62,682 bases of DNA, filler included, from Globobulimina sp. (GCA_003354225.1; 26 parts of 26 records of this genome joined end to end with filler, not necessarily neighbours in it); one strand, 5' to 3'. Counted from the first letter of the whole stretch, positions 12,081 to 24,687 are shown. Numbers and translations are program-made. Notes: generated by a model not told the origin, from the sequence alone.

Positions 12081-14359
12081 AACCAAAATCAGCCGACATC
12101 GATGGTATTAATATCATAGCATCGTACCATCAATGCTTAATCCGCGAAATACTTTCATTGGACACCAATTGTAATTATTTTTGTCCATTACAACCAAAGC
12201 CGACACCAAAAACGTATCCAAATCAACCGACGCCCGTTGGCGAATCACTTAATTGCATCATCCCACTCAAACCATTGGATACTACGCCGTACGCTGCGCC
12301 GTTTTATCCCAACTCATTCATCGATGATGTATCGAGTGCTACCACCGACGACGACGAACCTCAGCGTCACAAAGCACCGCCACCTGAGCTCGCCGACTAT
12401 GATATTACCACCGAGTCCGATGACGACGCCGCATATTTACCACCATATGCCACTGTGCCGTCCGACTCTGAACACCCAAAAATACCCACTCGCTCATCAC
12501 GCCGCAATAATAAAAATAAAAATCCATCGGATTATATCGACGATACACCATTGATACCTACGATTGGCACCGTTTACGATGCAAAACTATTGAAAGAATC
12601 CGTGGAATTGCGACAAAAACGTAATCTAAATAGGTGCAAACAAAAGGAATTAAATCAAAGAATAATAAATAAAAAAGCCTCATACCCGGTGTACAATAAA
12701 CAGATATTTTACCCGTTTTACAGTACACCAATCCAGGATTATTATACTTCGATAATAAATCCGGACAACGCCGAAACCCAGAAATTAATCGTTGAGAAGC
12801 AATGCGAAGATTGGTCCATATATGGCATTATCCGGTATCTCCGCGAAAATAATCCCGATCTCATTGCTAAATTACCAAAATATTTACGCCGATATGTGCT
12901 ATCCGGCCGATATAAATTAAACGAATATAATGGGATATTATATTATATCCATAATACCACGCAACAGGAATTGATTGTGGCTCCGTGGCAAATACGTAAA
13001 TCAATCATGAAATTTGCTCATTCTTCGCTCCATCCCGGCTCCACTGTAATGAATAGAATTATTATTAATAAAATGGGTTATTGGTGGCCGAAAATGCGAC
13101 GCGAAATACATTGCTATACGGCAACATGTGATACCTGCCAACGTGTGAAAATTGGATCGCATTCTCGCAGTAAAAAATCGCATAAAATAAAATTATTCCC
13201 CACCACGAAGCCATTTCAACAGATATCCGTTGATATTGTTGGTCCATTAATGCTCGCAAAGTCCAAAAATCGATATATTGTCACTATGATTGATAAATTT
13301 AGCCGATTCACGATGATGGAGCCTGTGCGCGACATTCGAGCCATTTCCGTCATCAAAGCCACGTTTGGACCGCCCGAAAGCATCCTATCCGATAATGGCA
13401 GCCAATTTATATCATCTATGTATAAGAATTATATGTTAAATCATGGAGATATAACAAGAAAATATACAACCACATACCATCCAGAATGTAATGGCCAGAT
13501 CGAACGATTGCATCGGTGGCTGAAGGAACGGCTGGCGTTGATTGCGCAGGATGGAGGCCTCAACTTTTTAGATGGGACCGATGATTGGTCCGATTACCTC
13601 CCAATAATTCAGTATACATACAATTCATTGCCGAATCGTATGACCACGTACTCGCCCATGAATATTATATTTGGCCGCGATCCGTATAAAATATTGCATT
13701 ATGAGTTTGACCGTAATAATCCATTGGAATATACCCGATTTATGGCTAATCGCTTGAATATTATTCGTAACGACGCGAACGAGGCCCAGCGGATTTACGA
13801 CGAACTCCGAACAAAAACATATGATAAAAATAAAATTGATGACCCATTCGTCATCGGACAGCATGTATTATATAATATGGCCTCGCATTATATCGGAAAT
13901 CGGCAGAAATTCGACGATCGCTGGGTTGGACCGTTTGAAATAATAAAAATTTATGGCAATGACTCCTATAAAATCCGCTCATTGATACCTAACAATGAGA
14001 ACGCGGACATGTATGACAATCCACCCGATGCCGAATATAATACATTTAATGCGCCCAAAGTCCATCTCAAGCTCTATTATTATGAGGATACACCGCATGA
14101 ATACGTCTCAAAACCACCCGCATTGATAATGTGCCACGCTCTCGAATCACAGCTCTGTTTATTATCAAATCAATACATTAAAATAAAAAGAGAGAGTGAA
14201 CGGATACCTCTGTCCCCGACAACCATCCAAGAACAATTTGAATTGTATAATACATTGACAAATACCATCCCAAACCAATTTAATTCCATTAATAACACAT
14301 TATTAATCATGCAATCTCAGTTTAACTACAATGAGATGCATGAATGTATATATTTATAA
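12081..14359 (+). mobile_element. Ty3/gypsy-type LTR retrotransposon pol, 3' part (integrase); ORF open from the contig edge
   Basis: Zn-binding H..H...YWWPKM...CDTCQ; catalytic FQQISVDIVGP, SDNGSQF, YHPECNGQIER; WSDYLPIIQYTYN; GPY/F module RWVGPFEI. Confidence 0.93.
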
Positions 14360-14525
14360 TAAATAAATTGTTCTCGGCAATTTCATGATGTTCCCGNNNN
14401 NNNNNNNNNNNNNNNNNNNNNNNNNNNNNNNNNNNNNNNNTTAATTAATTAANNNNNNNNNNNNNNNNNNNNNNNNNNNNNNNNNNNNNNNNNNNNTAAC
14501 AAATAATTATAAACATTGAAGAATC

Positions 14526-16236
14526 ATGACAGATATTTTACAAACAGTGATTTGTTGCATTTTATTGATGCTGATTGCATTGGTTGTAATTCCGTCAATC
14601 AGTTATTATACATATGTATATTATTCGCATCGCGCAAATCCTGTGATTTATAAAAGACATTACGATTTAGTTATAATATTCAATTTGTTATTAATGCTGA
14701 GTTTAATCGGTGATAAAGGATTATATATGATTAGTATCCTAATTACAAATAATTTAAATCAAGCACATAACCACATATTATATTCCATATCAGATTATAT
14801 TTATTTTTTCCTTGGTCCAACATTGCTGCTATTCATATCCAGTCGAGTGTGGTTAATTTATTATAATCTTAAATGGACAGTAGTTACAAATCCGAATGAT
14901 GAATGGACTCATTTTATTGACCCACAATATAAAGACATTGATAGCCAAAAAATATCCAATTTACAATTTAGCAATAATTGGTTTATTAAACACCAATCAA
15001 CATTTGGCAATTCGAGATGGATAAAAAAATGTATTATTTTGCCGAGCTGTTTATTAATATATCTCATATTATCGATCTCTTTATTAATTCATCCGGATTT
15101 GCATTATTATATATTTTGTGCCTTTTGTGGTTTTTTAGCAATTACAGTCGGTACAACTTATTATCTAATCCCTAAAATGCAAATTGAAATTTTCAAAATC
15201 AAAATTGAAATTGGTATGTGCGATATACACTCTTTGCAGTCAAAAACGTAAACGTTTTGTAAACAAATATATTGATTGAATATTCTAGATTGTAATATGA
15301 TACTTTTTAATATAAAATTATGCAAAAAATAAATGCCATAAAACTGATGCGATCCTTTGTTTACATGCATTTTTACATATTTGTTTCAAAATGTTCAATA
15401 GCGTCACAATTCCATTTAACATCAAAAACACAGACAAATTATTGAAAGTTGGCATATGGTTTTTACTTTGTTTCATGATGTATGTTGCATTAAGAACTGT
15501 GATTGTTGATGAAAAGTATCAATTTATACTAATTATGCCATTTCAGTGGATGTTTACTGCTATTTATTGGCTTGCTGCTCTGATTGCAACCCGATGGGTT
15601 TTGGCCAATTCTCACTTGTTACAACCTATTGACAACACTACAACGTTAATACACCAAATAAGTTTTTGCTCTTTGCATAAAATATTACGCAACAAATTAT
15701 CGTTCAATATTTTTATGCAACATTTATTGAAAGAATTTAGTTCCGAAAATCTATTGGCTACTTTAGAATTTTTGCAATTCAAATTAATGTTAAACGAATT
15801 GAATTGCAGTCAATTGCAAGTATCTGACAAAAGTGGGAATGGAAATGGAATGTATACAACGCTACAAAATGAGCAGTTGGAGTTAAATGAAAATGTATCT
15901 GATTTTAAATTGTCGTCAATGGACAGCAATATGCCGCGTTCGGTGATTGTGTATGATGAGAAATTGTCGATAAATGAGAAAGTTAATTTATTAATTCGAA
16001 AATATATTTTTAACAACCAACAAAGTATACAATTTGAAGTGAATATAAGTTCGCGATGCAAATATAATATTCTTGATAAAGTTGCTAATATGCAAGAGAA
16101 TGAATTTTGTTTACAAGAATATTATAATTTATTTGATAATGTAATCATTGATTTAGAATTTTTGCTAAATGATAGTCATTTGAGATTTGTTCGTTCTGAG
16201 GATTATGAAAAATTAATTTTACATGAGTTGGCATGA
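14526..16236 (+). CDS. Multi-TM (7TM-type) RGS protein; intron 15214-15433
   Basis: About seven hydrophobic segments, then RGS motifs FMQHLLKEFSSENL...F, IRKYI...FEVNISSRCK and FDNVIIDLEFLLNDSHLRF. The phase-1 GT-AG intron joins the two ORFs in frame. Confidence 0.85.
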
Positions 16237-16512
16237 TTTGTTTTGTGTTTTTTATACGTGTTTTTTTGTGTTTTTATTACGTACACGTGTTTTTTTATTT
16301 GTGTTTTTTACGGTGTTTATATATTTGTTCATTTTGTGTTCATGCGCATTATCTCCTAGGCAAGTCCTAGCTTCGTTTATCAATGTTTTGAAAGTGTTTT
16401 TCATTTTAGTTTTCAAACAAAATTATTTTTTATAAAAAATCTTTTTTCTATATTCCTGCTGCCTTGTGGTACATGCCACCGTTTCAACAATTCAACTCCT
16501 CAATTATCACAA

Positions 16513-16811
16513 ATGTCGTTACAAGAAAGTCAAATGGAATTGCATGCGCAACAAAGAATATATGAATTAACAGAGAAATATGAAACTCTGCTGCAGTCCA
16601 CTGTACTCATACAATTAGAAAAAGAAGAATATTTAAAAGAAGTTGAAGGACTAAAATATAGCAACACAGAATTGGAGGAAAAACTAAATTTTCTTCAGAC
16701 AATAACAAAGGATTCGACGCAGCAAACGAGGTTATTAACAAAGCAATTATCAACAAACTCATTCGAATTGGATGCTGAAAGCATTGAAAATAAAGAATTA
16801 AAAAACACACT
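16513..16811 (+). CDS. Coiled-coil protein, 3' truncated
   Basis: ATG-initiated E/K/Q/L-rich heptad ORF running into the spacer. Confidence 0.5.
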
Positions 16812-16911
16812 NNNNNNNNNNNNNNNNNNNNNNNNNNNNNNNNNNNNNNNNNNNNTTAATTAATTAANNNNNNNNNNNNNNNNNNNNNNNNNNNNNNNNN
16901 NNNNNNNNNNN

Positions 16912-17241
16912 AATCGTGTGCAATGGTTTGAAATGTATGGTGAAAAGAATATGATTGATATGCTGTGTCCGGACTTATGTTTAAATGCATGGTTGGATAA
17001 AAATGCTAAGTTTAAAGAAAATTGTGATTCCATGGCATTTCTAAGAGGTCGAAGACAATGTGTTGGTAAAACTTTTGCAAGAAAGCAAGTTTATGCTGCA
17101 TTCGGATTATTGATCATGAAATATCAATTTATGCCACCAGGTAATGATCCCAATAATGTTGACTTAACGCAAAAATTTGATTACGGCTCAAGTTATCTTG
17201 CAAATCCTTCCGGTGTTCAATTAATTGCAAGATCGGTATGA
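16912..17241 (+). CDS. Cytochrome P450, C-terminal fragment
   Basis: Heme-ligand motif FLRGRRQCVG (FxxGxRxCxG) followed by L-helix-like KTFARKQVYAAFGLLIMKYQF. Confidence 0.8.
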   Translation, partial: NRVQWFEMYGEKNMIDMLCPDLCLNAWLDKNAKFKENCDSMAFLRGRRQCVGKTFARKQVYAAFGLLIMKYQFMPPGNDPNNVDLTQKFDYGSSYLANPSGVQLIARSV

Positions 17242-17404
17242 TTTTATATAGCATCACCCGTTGTATTTATTATATGCATTGGACATTTGTAACTCTATCA
17301 TTTTTGAATGACTCACTAACATTTATTTTGAATGACTTTGTGATTTTTTTAAGCTGGTTTTCATCTCAGTTAATGCCTTATATATACCCTGCCTATTAAG
17401 CTTA

Positions 17405-18140
17405 ATGACCAACCTCAAGCAAAGAACCCCGAAAGTTTCCAAAAAGAACCGGGTTTATTATAATGATGGCAATACCCATTACAAATATTATTCTTGTGTG
17501 GAACATCAAACTCACACTTTCTATCTCGGGGAATCAATTGAATTTTTTCTTGGCAGCAATAAATATGGATTTGCTAAAATAAATAAAATTTATATGGACA
17601 CATCAGCACACAACAAATATCCGTTACATCCGAAAGCTGAAATAATTTGGTATTATGTTGCAAATATGGATATTATTAATAAATATAAACAACCGATCAC
17701 TGATATTGGCAGCAATAAAATATTAGTATATCATATCAAAAATTATACGGATATTTATATTGCATCAATCAATAAAAGAATACACATTAATCACAATGTT
17801 GGTGATTATAAAAAGTCAATCAATCCAAAATATTTTTGTAATCTCATTCAAAGTGGCAAAAAAAATGCATAATTATCACACATATTCGAATAAAAGAAAA
17901 ATGAACAAAAATGCTTATTTAAATACTGATAAATTAAACCAAATATATCAATATAATCAAATAATTGAGAGCGATAATACGCGAACACCGGAATATTTAT
18001 TAAATTATGTTCAATATTTAGTTGAAAACGATTTAAATGAGAAAATATTTACAGATGTTTTACCATTTCGATCAAGAAATGATAATTTTAAATCTGATGA
18101 TTGGCCAACAAAGCATGCCATATATATCACAGCAAACTGA
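17405..18140 (+). pseudogene. BAH-like domain followed by a possible N6-adenine MTase N-terminal half; 1-nt frameshift in an A8 run at ~17858-17865; ends next to the foldback element
   Basis: BAH-like TFYLGESIEF...FAKINKIY...AEIIWYY...DIYIASINKRIHI...YFC. Removing one A fuses the ORFs. The second part reads SDNTRTPEYL...FTDVLPF...DDWPTKHAIY. Confidence 0.45.
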
Positions 18141-18163
18141 AAACTTGTTTTGACTCTCAAAAT

Positions 18164-19226
18164 TGTGTCCGTTCAGAAATGCCAGCCAGTTTTCAAAATG
18201 CCAGCTAAATGTTGCGTTTCTAACTTTAGGTTCACCTCTCTAGTCTCTGCTCTCTCGTCATTTTTCTTTCTGTCTTTTATGATACAGATAGGACACTTAA
18301 GAGTCATATCAATTTATTAAATGGAAATGGAAGGCTTATTTTAATTTAGGTTTTATACACGAATGGGTGAAACTGGAATTTTGGATGATTGTATTTTGCC
18401 AATCTGCCATTGTAATATTATTCATTTATAAAAGTGGAGCAAAGGACGGTGGACTGTGGACATAGTATACATAAAAGTGGCGCAACCATAAGGCATAAAA
18501 CAAGTGCACAGAAAAGAGACATAAACGTGGTATAGAAAAAAGTGGTTGTGACAAGGGAAAAGGAACATATGTAATATGGTTGATATTGCAAGGTTTATTT
18601 TTAACATAATTTATGTTCTGTGCGCATAATTGCCGCATTTTTTTTTGATATCCTTGCACTTTATAATCCTTGCACTTCATTGTTTTAAAAAAAATGCGGC
18701 ATTTATGCGCACAGAACATAAATTATGTTAAAAATAAACCTTGCAAACAAGTTTAGTTTCGACCATATTATCTGTTGCTTTTCCCTTGTTTACTACCACC
18801 TTTTTCTATGCACCAAGTTTATGTCACTTTTCTGTGCACTTGTTTTATTTATGGTGCACCACTTTTATGTACTTCCTATTCCCCACTTTTATGTCCTCCA
18901 CCGTCCTTTGCTCCACTTTTCTATAATTATTTGCATTGGCAATTGGTACCATGTATTATGATGTATAAATAAATGAATAATATATTCCAATGGCGAACTG
19001 GTAAAATACAATCATCTCCAAATTCCAGTTTGACCCATTCGCGTATACATAAATTAAAATAAGTCTTCCATTTCAATTTATTAAGTGTCTTATCTGTATC
19101 ATAAAAGACAGAAAGAAAAATGACGAGAGAGCAGAGACTAGAGAGGTGAACCTAAAGTTAGAAACGCAACATTTGGCTGGCATTTTGAAAACTGGCTGGC
19201 ATTTAAAAGCAGAAATTACGGACACA
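18164..19226. mobile_element. ~1.06-kb imperfect palindrome (foldback/large MITE-like element)
   Basis: Ends TGTGTCCGT and ACGGACACA. Outer ~120 bp are near-perfect inverted copies (e.g. GTTCACCTCTCTAGTCTCTGCTCTCTCGTCA / TGACGAGAGAGCAGAGACTAGAGAGGTGAAC). Arms meet at a ~40-nt loop near 18647-18686. Confidence 0.85.
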
Positions 19227-19326
19227 NNNNNNNNNNNNNNNNNNNNNNNNNNNNNNNNNNNNNNNNNNNNTTAATTAATTAANNNNNNNNNNNNNNNNNN
19301 NNNNNNNNNNNNNNNNNNNNNNNNNN

Positions 19327-21151
19327 TTGCGCACAATTTAGTTTTGATGTCGTTCATTATTGATCGCACATAAAACATCCTAAAATATGATTGCATTGTT
19401 AATGCCCCATTTTCTTTCCTATGTTTCTGTGTAATCAAATAATTCGTTCTCTCGTTTTTACACTTTCTGAATGATGTAATTTTCCGCTTTAATATGGCAA
19501 ACTTAGCTTTATTTCGAAAGTAACACAAAGTCTGATACGTTTTATGTTTATTTATTTTTTTTGTAAAACATTCAATCGCATATTGTCTACATTTCATACA
19601 TTTTATCCATGAAATTAAAATGTTTTCTTTCAATGGATTTTCTATATAATGTTTCCTGAAAACACATAATTTGTTGATACCATGTAATATTTGGAACATT
19701 TTTCTTTTGTTCGTTTGATGTTTATACCAAATTGATATTTTTATCACAGATAACCTGCGTTGTTTATAATACTGAGCTGTTTCACATATAAATGGCAAAC
19801 AATTTATTTTCAAATAATTCCGATGATTTATCATTTTTTGGTAGCTTTGCTCAAAATGGAACATAATGTAATCGATCACATTGGTTTTCCAGCAATAATT
19901 GGCATGGATTTCATTCATAGTATTTTTATGTTGATATTTTATAATTAAATTGCTCCATAATTTGAGTCTGTGCTCTTTAGTTTGGAATCTAATCACTGTT
20001 TTATTCATTAATCTCACCACAATACATTCCATATCTTTAGTTAGCTGCAAAAATATTATGTTTATATGCTCTAGATCTTTACACACAATACCTAAATAAA
20101 CAAAGTATACAAACTTTGATTAAGCGCAATTTCTTTCTTTTATTCCGTTCCCATTCCACTTTCCATCCACAAAAACATTGCGTTATTATCAATATCTCTT
20201 TATCTCTGTTTATTTTTTGCGTCGTTTCTATGTATTCATCGTATAATTCTCTATTTATTCAATACATTGAGCTGTAATATAAAGCTGGAAACAGTAAATA
20301 AAACACACACTTTGATTCATGTAACAGCGTTGACCATTTCACTGTGGAATTTATCTGCAATTCCTGATGGTGTGCTTCTGTCTGTTCCTTTCAAATACAG
20401 TCAATGTACATAACCTCAATTCAACCAAAAACATATAAGTATTTGTACATACTTTCAATTCGTTTTCCAGTTTCTGCAGTTCTGTGTTGTAATCAACTTT
20501 GTTTTCAGAATTGTTGTAGATAATATCTGGAGATGGTGATGGTGTGATGTTAATCTTGAAAGTATTTGTGTTTTGTGATATAATTTCTGTGGTTGTATGT
20601 TGTTTTGTTGACAAGTCTTGTTTGTGTATCTTGTGTGGAGTTTGAGGACTGGTTATTGACGATATTGGTTTAGATTGGTGTTTTGTTGGTGATTCTGCAG
20701 TGACATAAGATGGTATGCATGGATTTGTTGTTATTACTTCCTGTGTAGTTTGGATGAAGTCAGTGTTTTGTTGAGGACTGATTGGTGTTGCAATAATTTT
20801 ATTTTCTATTTTTGGAAAAGAGATAATATTGGTTGTTGTGTTGGTGTTGCACATTTTTAATGTGTCAAAACACGTTTGCTTCATTTGACAGAGTATGTTT
20901 TGAGACTCATTCAAATATTTGTGTTGTTCAACTGTTATTTTATTGAAATATGATTTCCAAATGTTGTCATTTTCTTTTGTTATTGTGTCATTAGTATCAA
21001 ATTCAAATAATTTGTAATCATCCTCAGAGGATGAGAATATATCTTCAATTTCAATATTATCAATATGTTGCAGTGTATTATCTTCCTGAAGCAATTCTAA
21101 TTCTGCTTCCAACTCAACCTCCAACAAGTTATCTGTGATTACGTCTGACAT
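19327..21151 (-). CDS. Multi-exon hypothetical protein with an IQ-like motif, 3' truncated
   Basis: Collinear minus-strand ORFs (21151-20351, 20086-19327) separated by GT-AG intron-like gaps; ALTMQSYFRMFYVR is IQ-like. Confidence 0.5.
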
Positions 21152-21217
21152 TATTATTCTATATATATGATCTAGTGACTCAACTTAGTGGGAAAAAAAA
21201 AGAGAAGGATCATTTAC

Positions 21218-21641
21218 ATGTCAGCATCAAATATGAACTCGAAGGATCTTCCCAAGCCAGGCATGAAAAGAATGATTCAAAATGAAATTCCAAACTCAGA
21301 CTTAAGAGTATCATCTCATTCAATAACAGTATTACAACATGGAATGCGTGAAATGCTTAATTTATTGTCTTGTGAGATTGTAAAAATATGTGATGCAGCA
21401 AATAAACACATTGTGACAGCATCCATCATCATTAAAGCAATAAATAATTTAGGTTTTAATGAATATTGTGATGAATTGACTAAATTTTCAAACATAAAAT
21501 TAAATGAAGAAGCAAGTAAAAGGAAACTGAATAAAAAGAAACGAAATAAAGATAATGCAATCGATAAGGAATTAGTTGATGAACAAGAAAGATTAATTCG
21601 AGAGGCTACACAAAAATTATACGGAAATATAAATAATTTAA
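21218..21641 (+). CDS. DR1: Negative cofactor 2 beta / Dr1 (histone-fold), 3' end at the contig edge
   Basis: Histone fold LPKPGMKRMIQ...LRVS...LNLLSCEIVKICDAANKHIVTASIIIKAINNLGFNEY, plus the Dr1-like C-terminal ELVDEQERLIREA. Confidence 0.75.
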
Positions 21642-21741
21642 NNNNNNNNNNNNNNNNNNNNNNNNNNNNNNNNNNNNNNNNNNNNTTAATTAATTAANNN
21701 NNNNNNNNNNNNNNNNNNNNNNNNNNNNNNNNNNNNNNNNN

Positions 21742-22270
21742 GTTTTGCTAAACATTTCATGAAATGATTGGATTCTTCATCCCAATATTCATCTAAATGA
21801 GATTGTTGTGTTTGAACCTCTCCTTTTAATGCTTCTGATTGATTTTTCACTATACAATAATTAATTAATTAACATATTATATTAGAAATATAATATAATA
21901 TTTAACTGGAGATCCATTCACCAATTCCCATACTAAAAGAACTCGCCACCAATCCGGCAAAGCCGGTCTCCACAATGGTCTCGGCTGCTTCATCAATGTC
22001 TACACTCTGCGAAAGAGCAAATTGAATGCCTAATATAAGTAATAAATTAGAGGTCATTCCATCACTGAAACCTAAAATAGCAGCACGAAAACCGCCGTCA
22101 CCGAGATTTTTATGATGATTGGCAAACATCTCCACTTCCATCACTTCTTCTTTATCGTCAATATCGTTGGACATTGCTCTCAATTCAACATCGGAATGAA
22201 TGGAACTCGAAGCTAATGAGGCTCCTGATTTAGTTGCGACTGGTAAGTATTTCGCTTCTGTGTTTGCCAT
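21742..22270 (-). CDS. VIT1/CCC1 vacuolar iron/manganese transporter, 3' truncated; intron 21850-21906
   Basis: FRAAILGFSDGMTSN and GFAGLVASSFSMGIGEWISMKNQSE (after splicing) are VIT1/CCC1 signatures. Confidence 0.9.
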
Positions 22271-22380
22271 GGTACCTGATTAAGTTTTTTGGGGTAAAAG
22301 GTTTTAAATGATGAAAACAGTTAAGATAAACATTCACCACAAGCACAAACAAACATTTCAATAATAAACATAAATAGGTA

Positions 22381-23770
22381 ATGTGTGTAAGCAGCGCAAC
22401 TGTTGTTGCCACGTTTGGATTGGTTTCATCGTATCAAATTACAAAAAGAATTGAGAAAAATGGATGGAAAGAAATACAACAAAATGTATGCAACACACGA
22501 AAAATCTATTAAATTCTTATTGATTAATTGCAAATTGTTTTTTTGTTTGAAAACTGAAAGGTTAAAATAGCACAAATCACAGATAACGAATATTTTAATC
22601 GACCAATGATTAAAGAAGAACTATGCAAACAATTGCAATCCAACAACAATAATTCATTCATTATAAGTGGACGAAAAAACTTCGGTAAAACCGCAACGAT
22701 AAAAAATGCATTTCAACATTGCAACTTTCCTTACATATCCTTAGATTTTCACGGCAAACAGTTAGATGACAATGATAATGATACATTTATTGAGATATTT
22801 GAAGATAATATGAACGATCCAAAATGGTACAGACGTTTAATGCGCAGATTTTATCCAAATTATAACAATTATGTAATAAAGCGATGGATTGACAGCATTC
22901 AAACATTAAGTTCCGAGATGAAAATTAAAAACAAAAAGGATATCCGATGGATTATATTGGATGGAATTGATATAAATGATATTTTGCGAAATAGTAAATT
23001 AAAAAATGACATTAATTTATTGAATCAACAAATGTGTGATTTTGCATCAATTATAGTGAGTGTAACAAGTGAATCTCCGCTAAAATCCGCAAAATTGTTT
23101 AATAAATTGGATGGATGGAATAGTAATATATGGATTGGACAATTTAAAAATAGAGCCATTGCTTTGGAATATGTTGAATCGAAACTATGTGTTTTTAAAA
23201 ATATATCGGAGAATGACAGACATTGCGTTGTTGATTTTTGTCGACTTAATATTGCTGATATAAATTATTGCATTCATCGACTTGAACAAAACGAAAAGAA
23301 TGAACAGAAAAAGACATTTGATGATATTTGGAAAGATATAAAACAAAAAAGAATGGATTTCTATGTGGAACAGCAACCATTATTACATTGGACAGATGTT
23401 AATTTTTGGAAGGAATTTATGAATGAAATGGTTGGCGGTATTGAAATATCAAAAGAATTTGAATTAAATGCATGTAAATATTTGTTATATTCATATTTTA
23501 CATCAGTTGTTATTGTTGGATGCACCGCATTTGATTTAATACAACATTTTGGTGGAAATATAGAAATTGTAAATCTTTTAATAGAGAATGGATGTTTGAG
23601 TCAATATGGTGGCGAATTGACACAACCATTTAATTTATTTAATAAATCTGTATTAATGCCGTCATCGCAAGTAAAATATACAACATTTCAAGAAATATTT
23701 AATGATCAAAATAATACGGTATTATCGGATATGGCATTATTTGTGACGAGACATTACATATTTAATAGGG
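22381..23770 (+). CDS. P-loop ATPase (ATPase_2/STAND-like) with N-terminal hydrophobic anchor; intron 22486-22560; possible extra micro-exon from 22308
   Basis: YFNRPMIKEEL, Walker A GRKNFGKT, Walker B WIILDG. The upstream exon MCVSSATVVATFGLV splices in frame. Confidence 0.65.
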
Positions 23771-24056
23771 AATTAATCCGTGCCCAAACTGACACTGATA
23801 CAATAAAAGCAGATCTTGATTCAGGTCTAACAATCTCTCCGGATGGTGGTACTCGTCAGGATATTCAAAATCAAAGTACATTCTTGTATCTCTTGATAAT
23901 TTCATTAATTTGTATTTTCTTGTTTCTTGTGATTCTTTTCGAGAGCTTTATTGATCCTTGCATCGCATTTATTACTGTGCCACTTGCAACATTTGGTGGT
24001 TTCTTTGCGCTTTGGATGTACGGAGGATACTTTAGTACATTAATGCGTATGGGCTT
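23771..24056 (+). other. Bacterial AcrB/AcrD/AcrF (RND permease)-like fragment in frame with the eukaryotic ATPase ORF; junction position approximate
   Basis: LDSGLTISPDGGTRQ...LICIFLFLVILFESFIDPCIAFITVPLATFGGFFALW matches the RND pattern L...FESF.DP..I...VPLA..G...AL. Confidence 0.75.
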
Positions 24057-24156
24057 NNNNNNNNNNNNNNNNNNNNNNNNNNNNNNNNNNNNNNNNNNNN
24101 TTAATTAATTAANNNNNNNNNNNNNNNNNNNNNNNNNNNNNNNNNNNNNNNNNNNN

Positions 24157-24415
24157 CATGAAGAGTAATCAGATTTATAAAAGCCAACATCATATAACTT
24201 TTTCGTGAACCTTTCAATTTCATCATTCTCAATTTTATTCAGTAGTCGATTTAAATGGAGACTTTGAAACTTATCCTCTGTTGGATGATTTATAATATTT
24301 TGAAATATTTTTATTAATATCTTACGTGTGTTAATATTAACCCTGTTTCTATTTCTATCATAAACATTAAATGGTTGAAGTAAATAATCTGAATTAACTG
24401 GAGATGGTTTTATAT
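24157..24415 (-). CDS. PUB-like domain fragment
   Basis: Minus strand reads RKILIKIFQNIINHPTEDKFQSL...KKLYDVGF, resembling the PUB pattern; open to the contig edge. Confidence 0.4.
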
Positions 24416-24687
24416 CTAATTATTTATTTTCATTATGGATCTATGTATATACAGTATATATATATGGACATAACATGTTCTGTGAAGCTCTTCATTCAAC
24501 GCATTAAGTTGTTTCATATTTAATTTTGTGTTGGTTGAGGAAATAACTGATTCTGATGCATCATGCATGTACCACTTAGGAAAAATTATCATTTATTTTT
24601 TAATCTCTTCTAAAAAAAACTTGTTTTATTAACTCAATCTCAACATTTAAATTGTATTTTATCAACATCAACAAATAAATTATCAAA

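Noticed and set aside
18422-18972. Several short ORFs on both strands with similar translations
   Set aside because: By-products of the palindromic foldback element.
21861-21872. TTAATTAATTAA without flanking Ns
   Set aside because: It lies within an AT-rich 57-nt intron whose removal restores the VIT1 frame; a chance natural match and not a hidden join.
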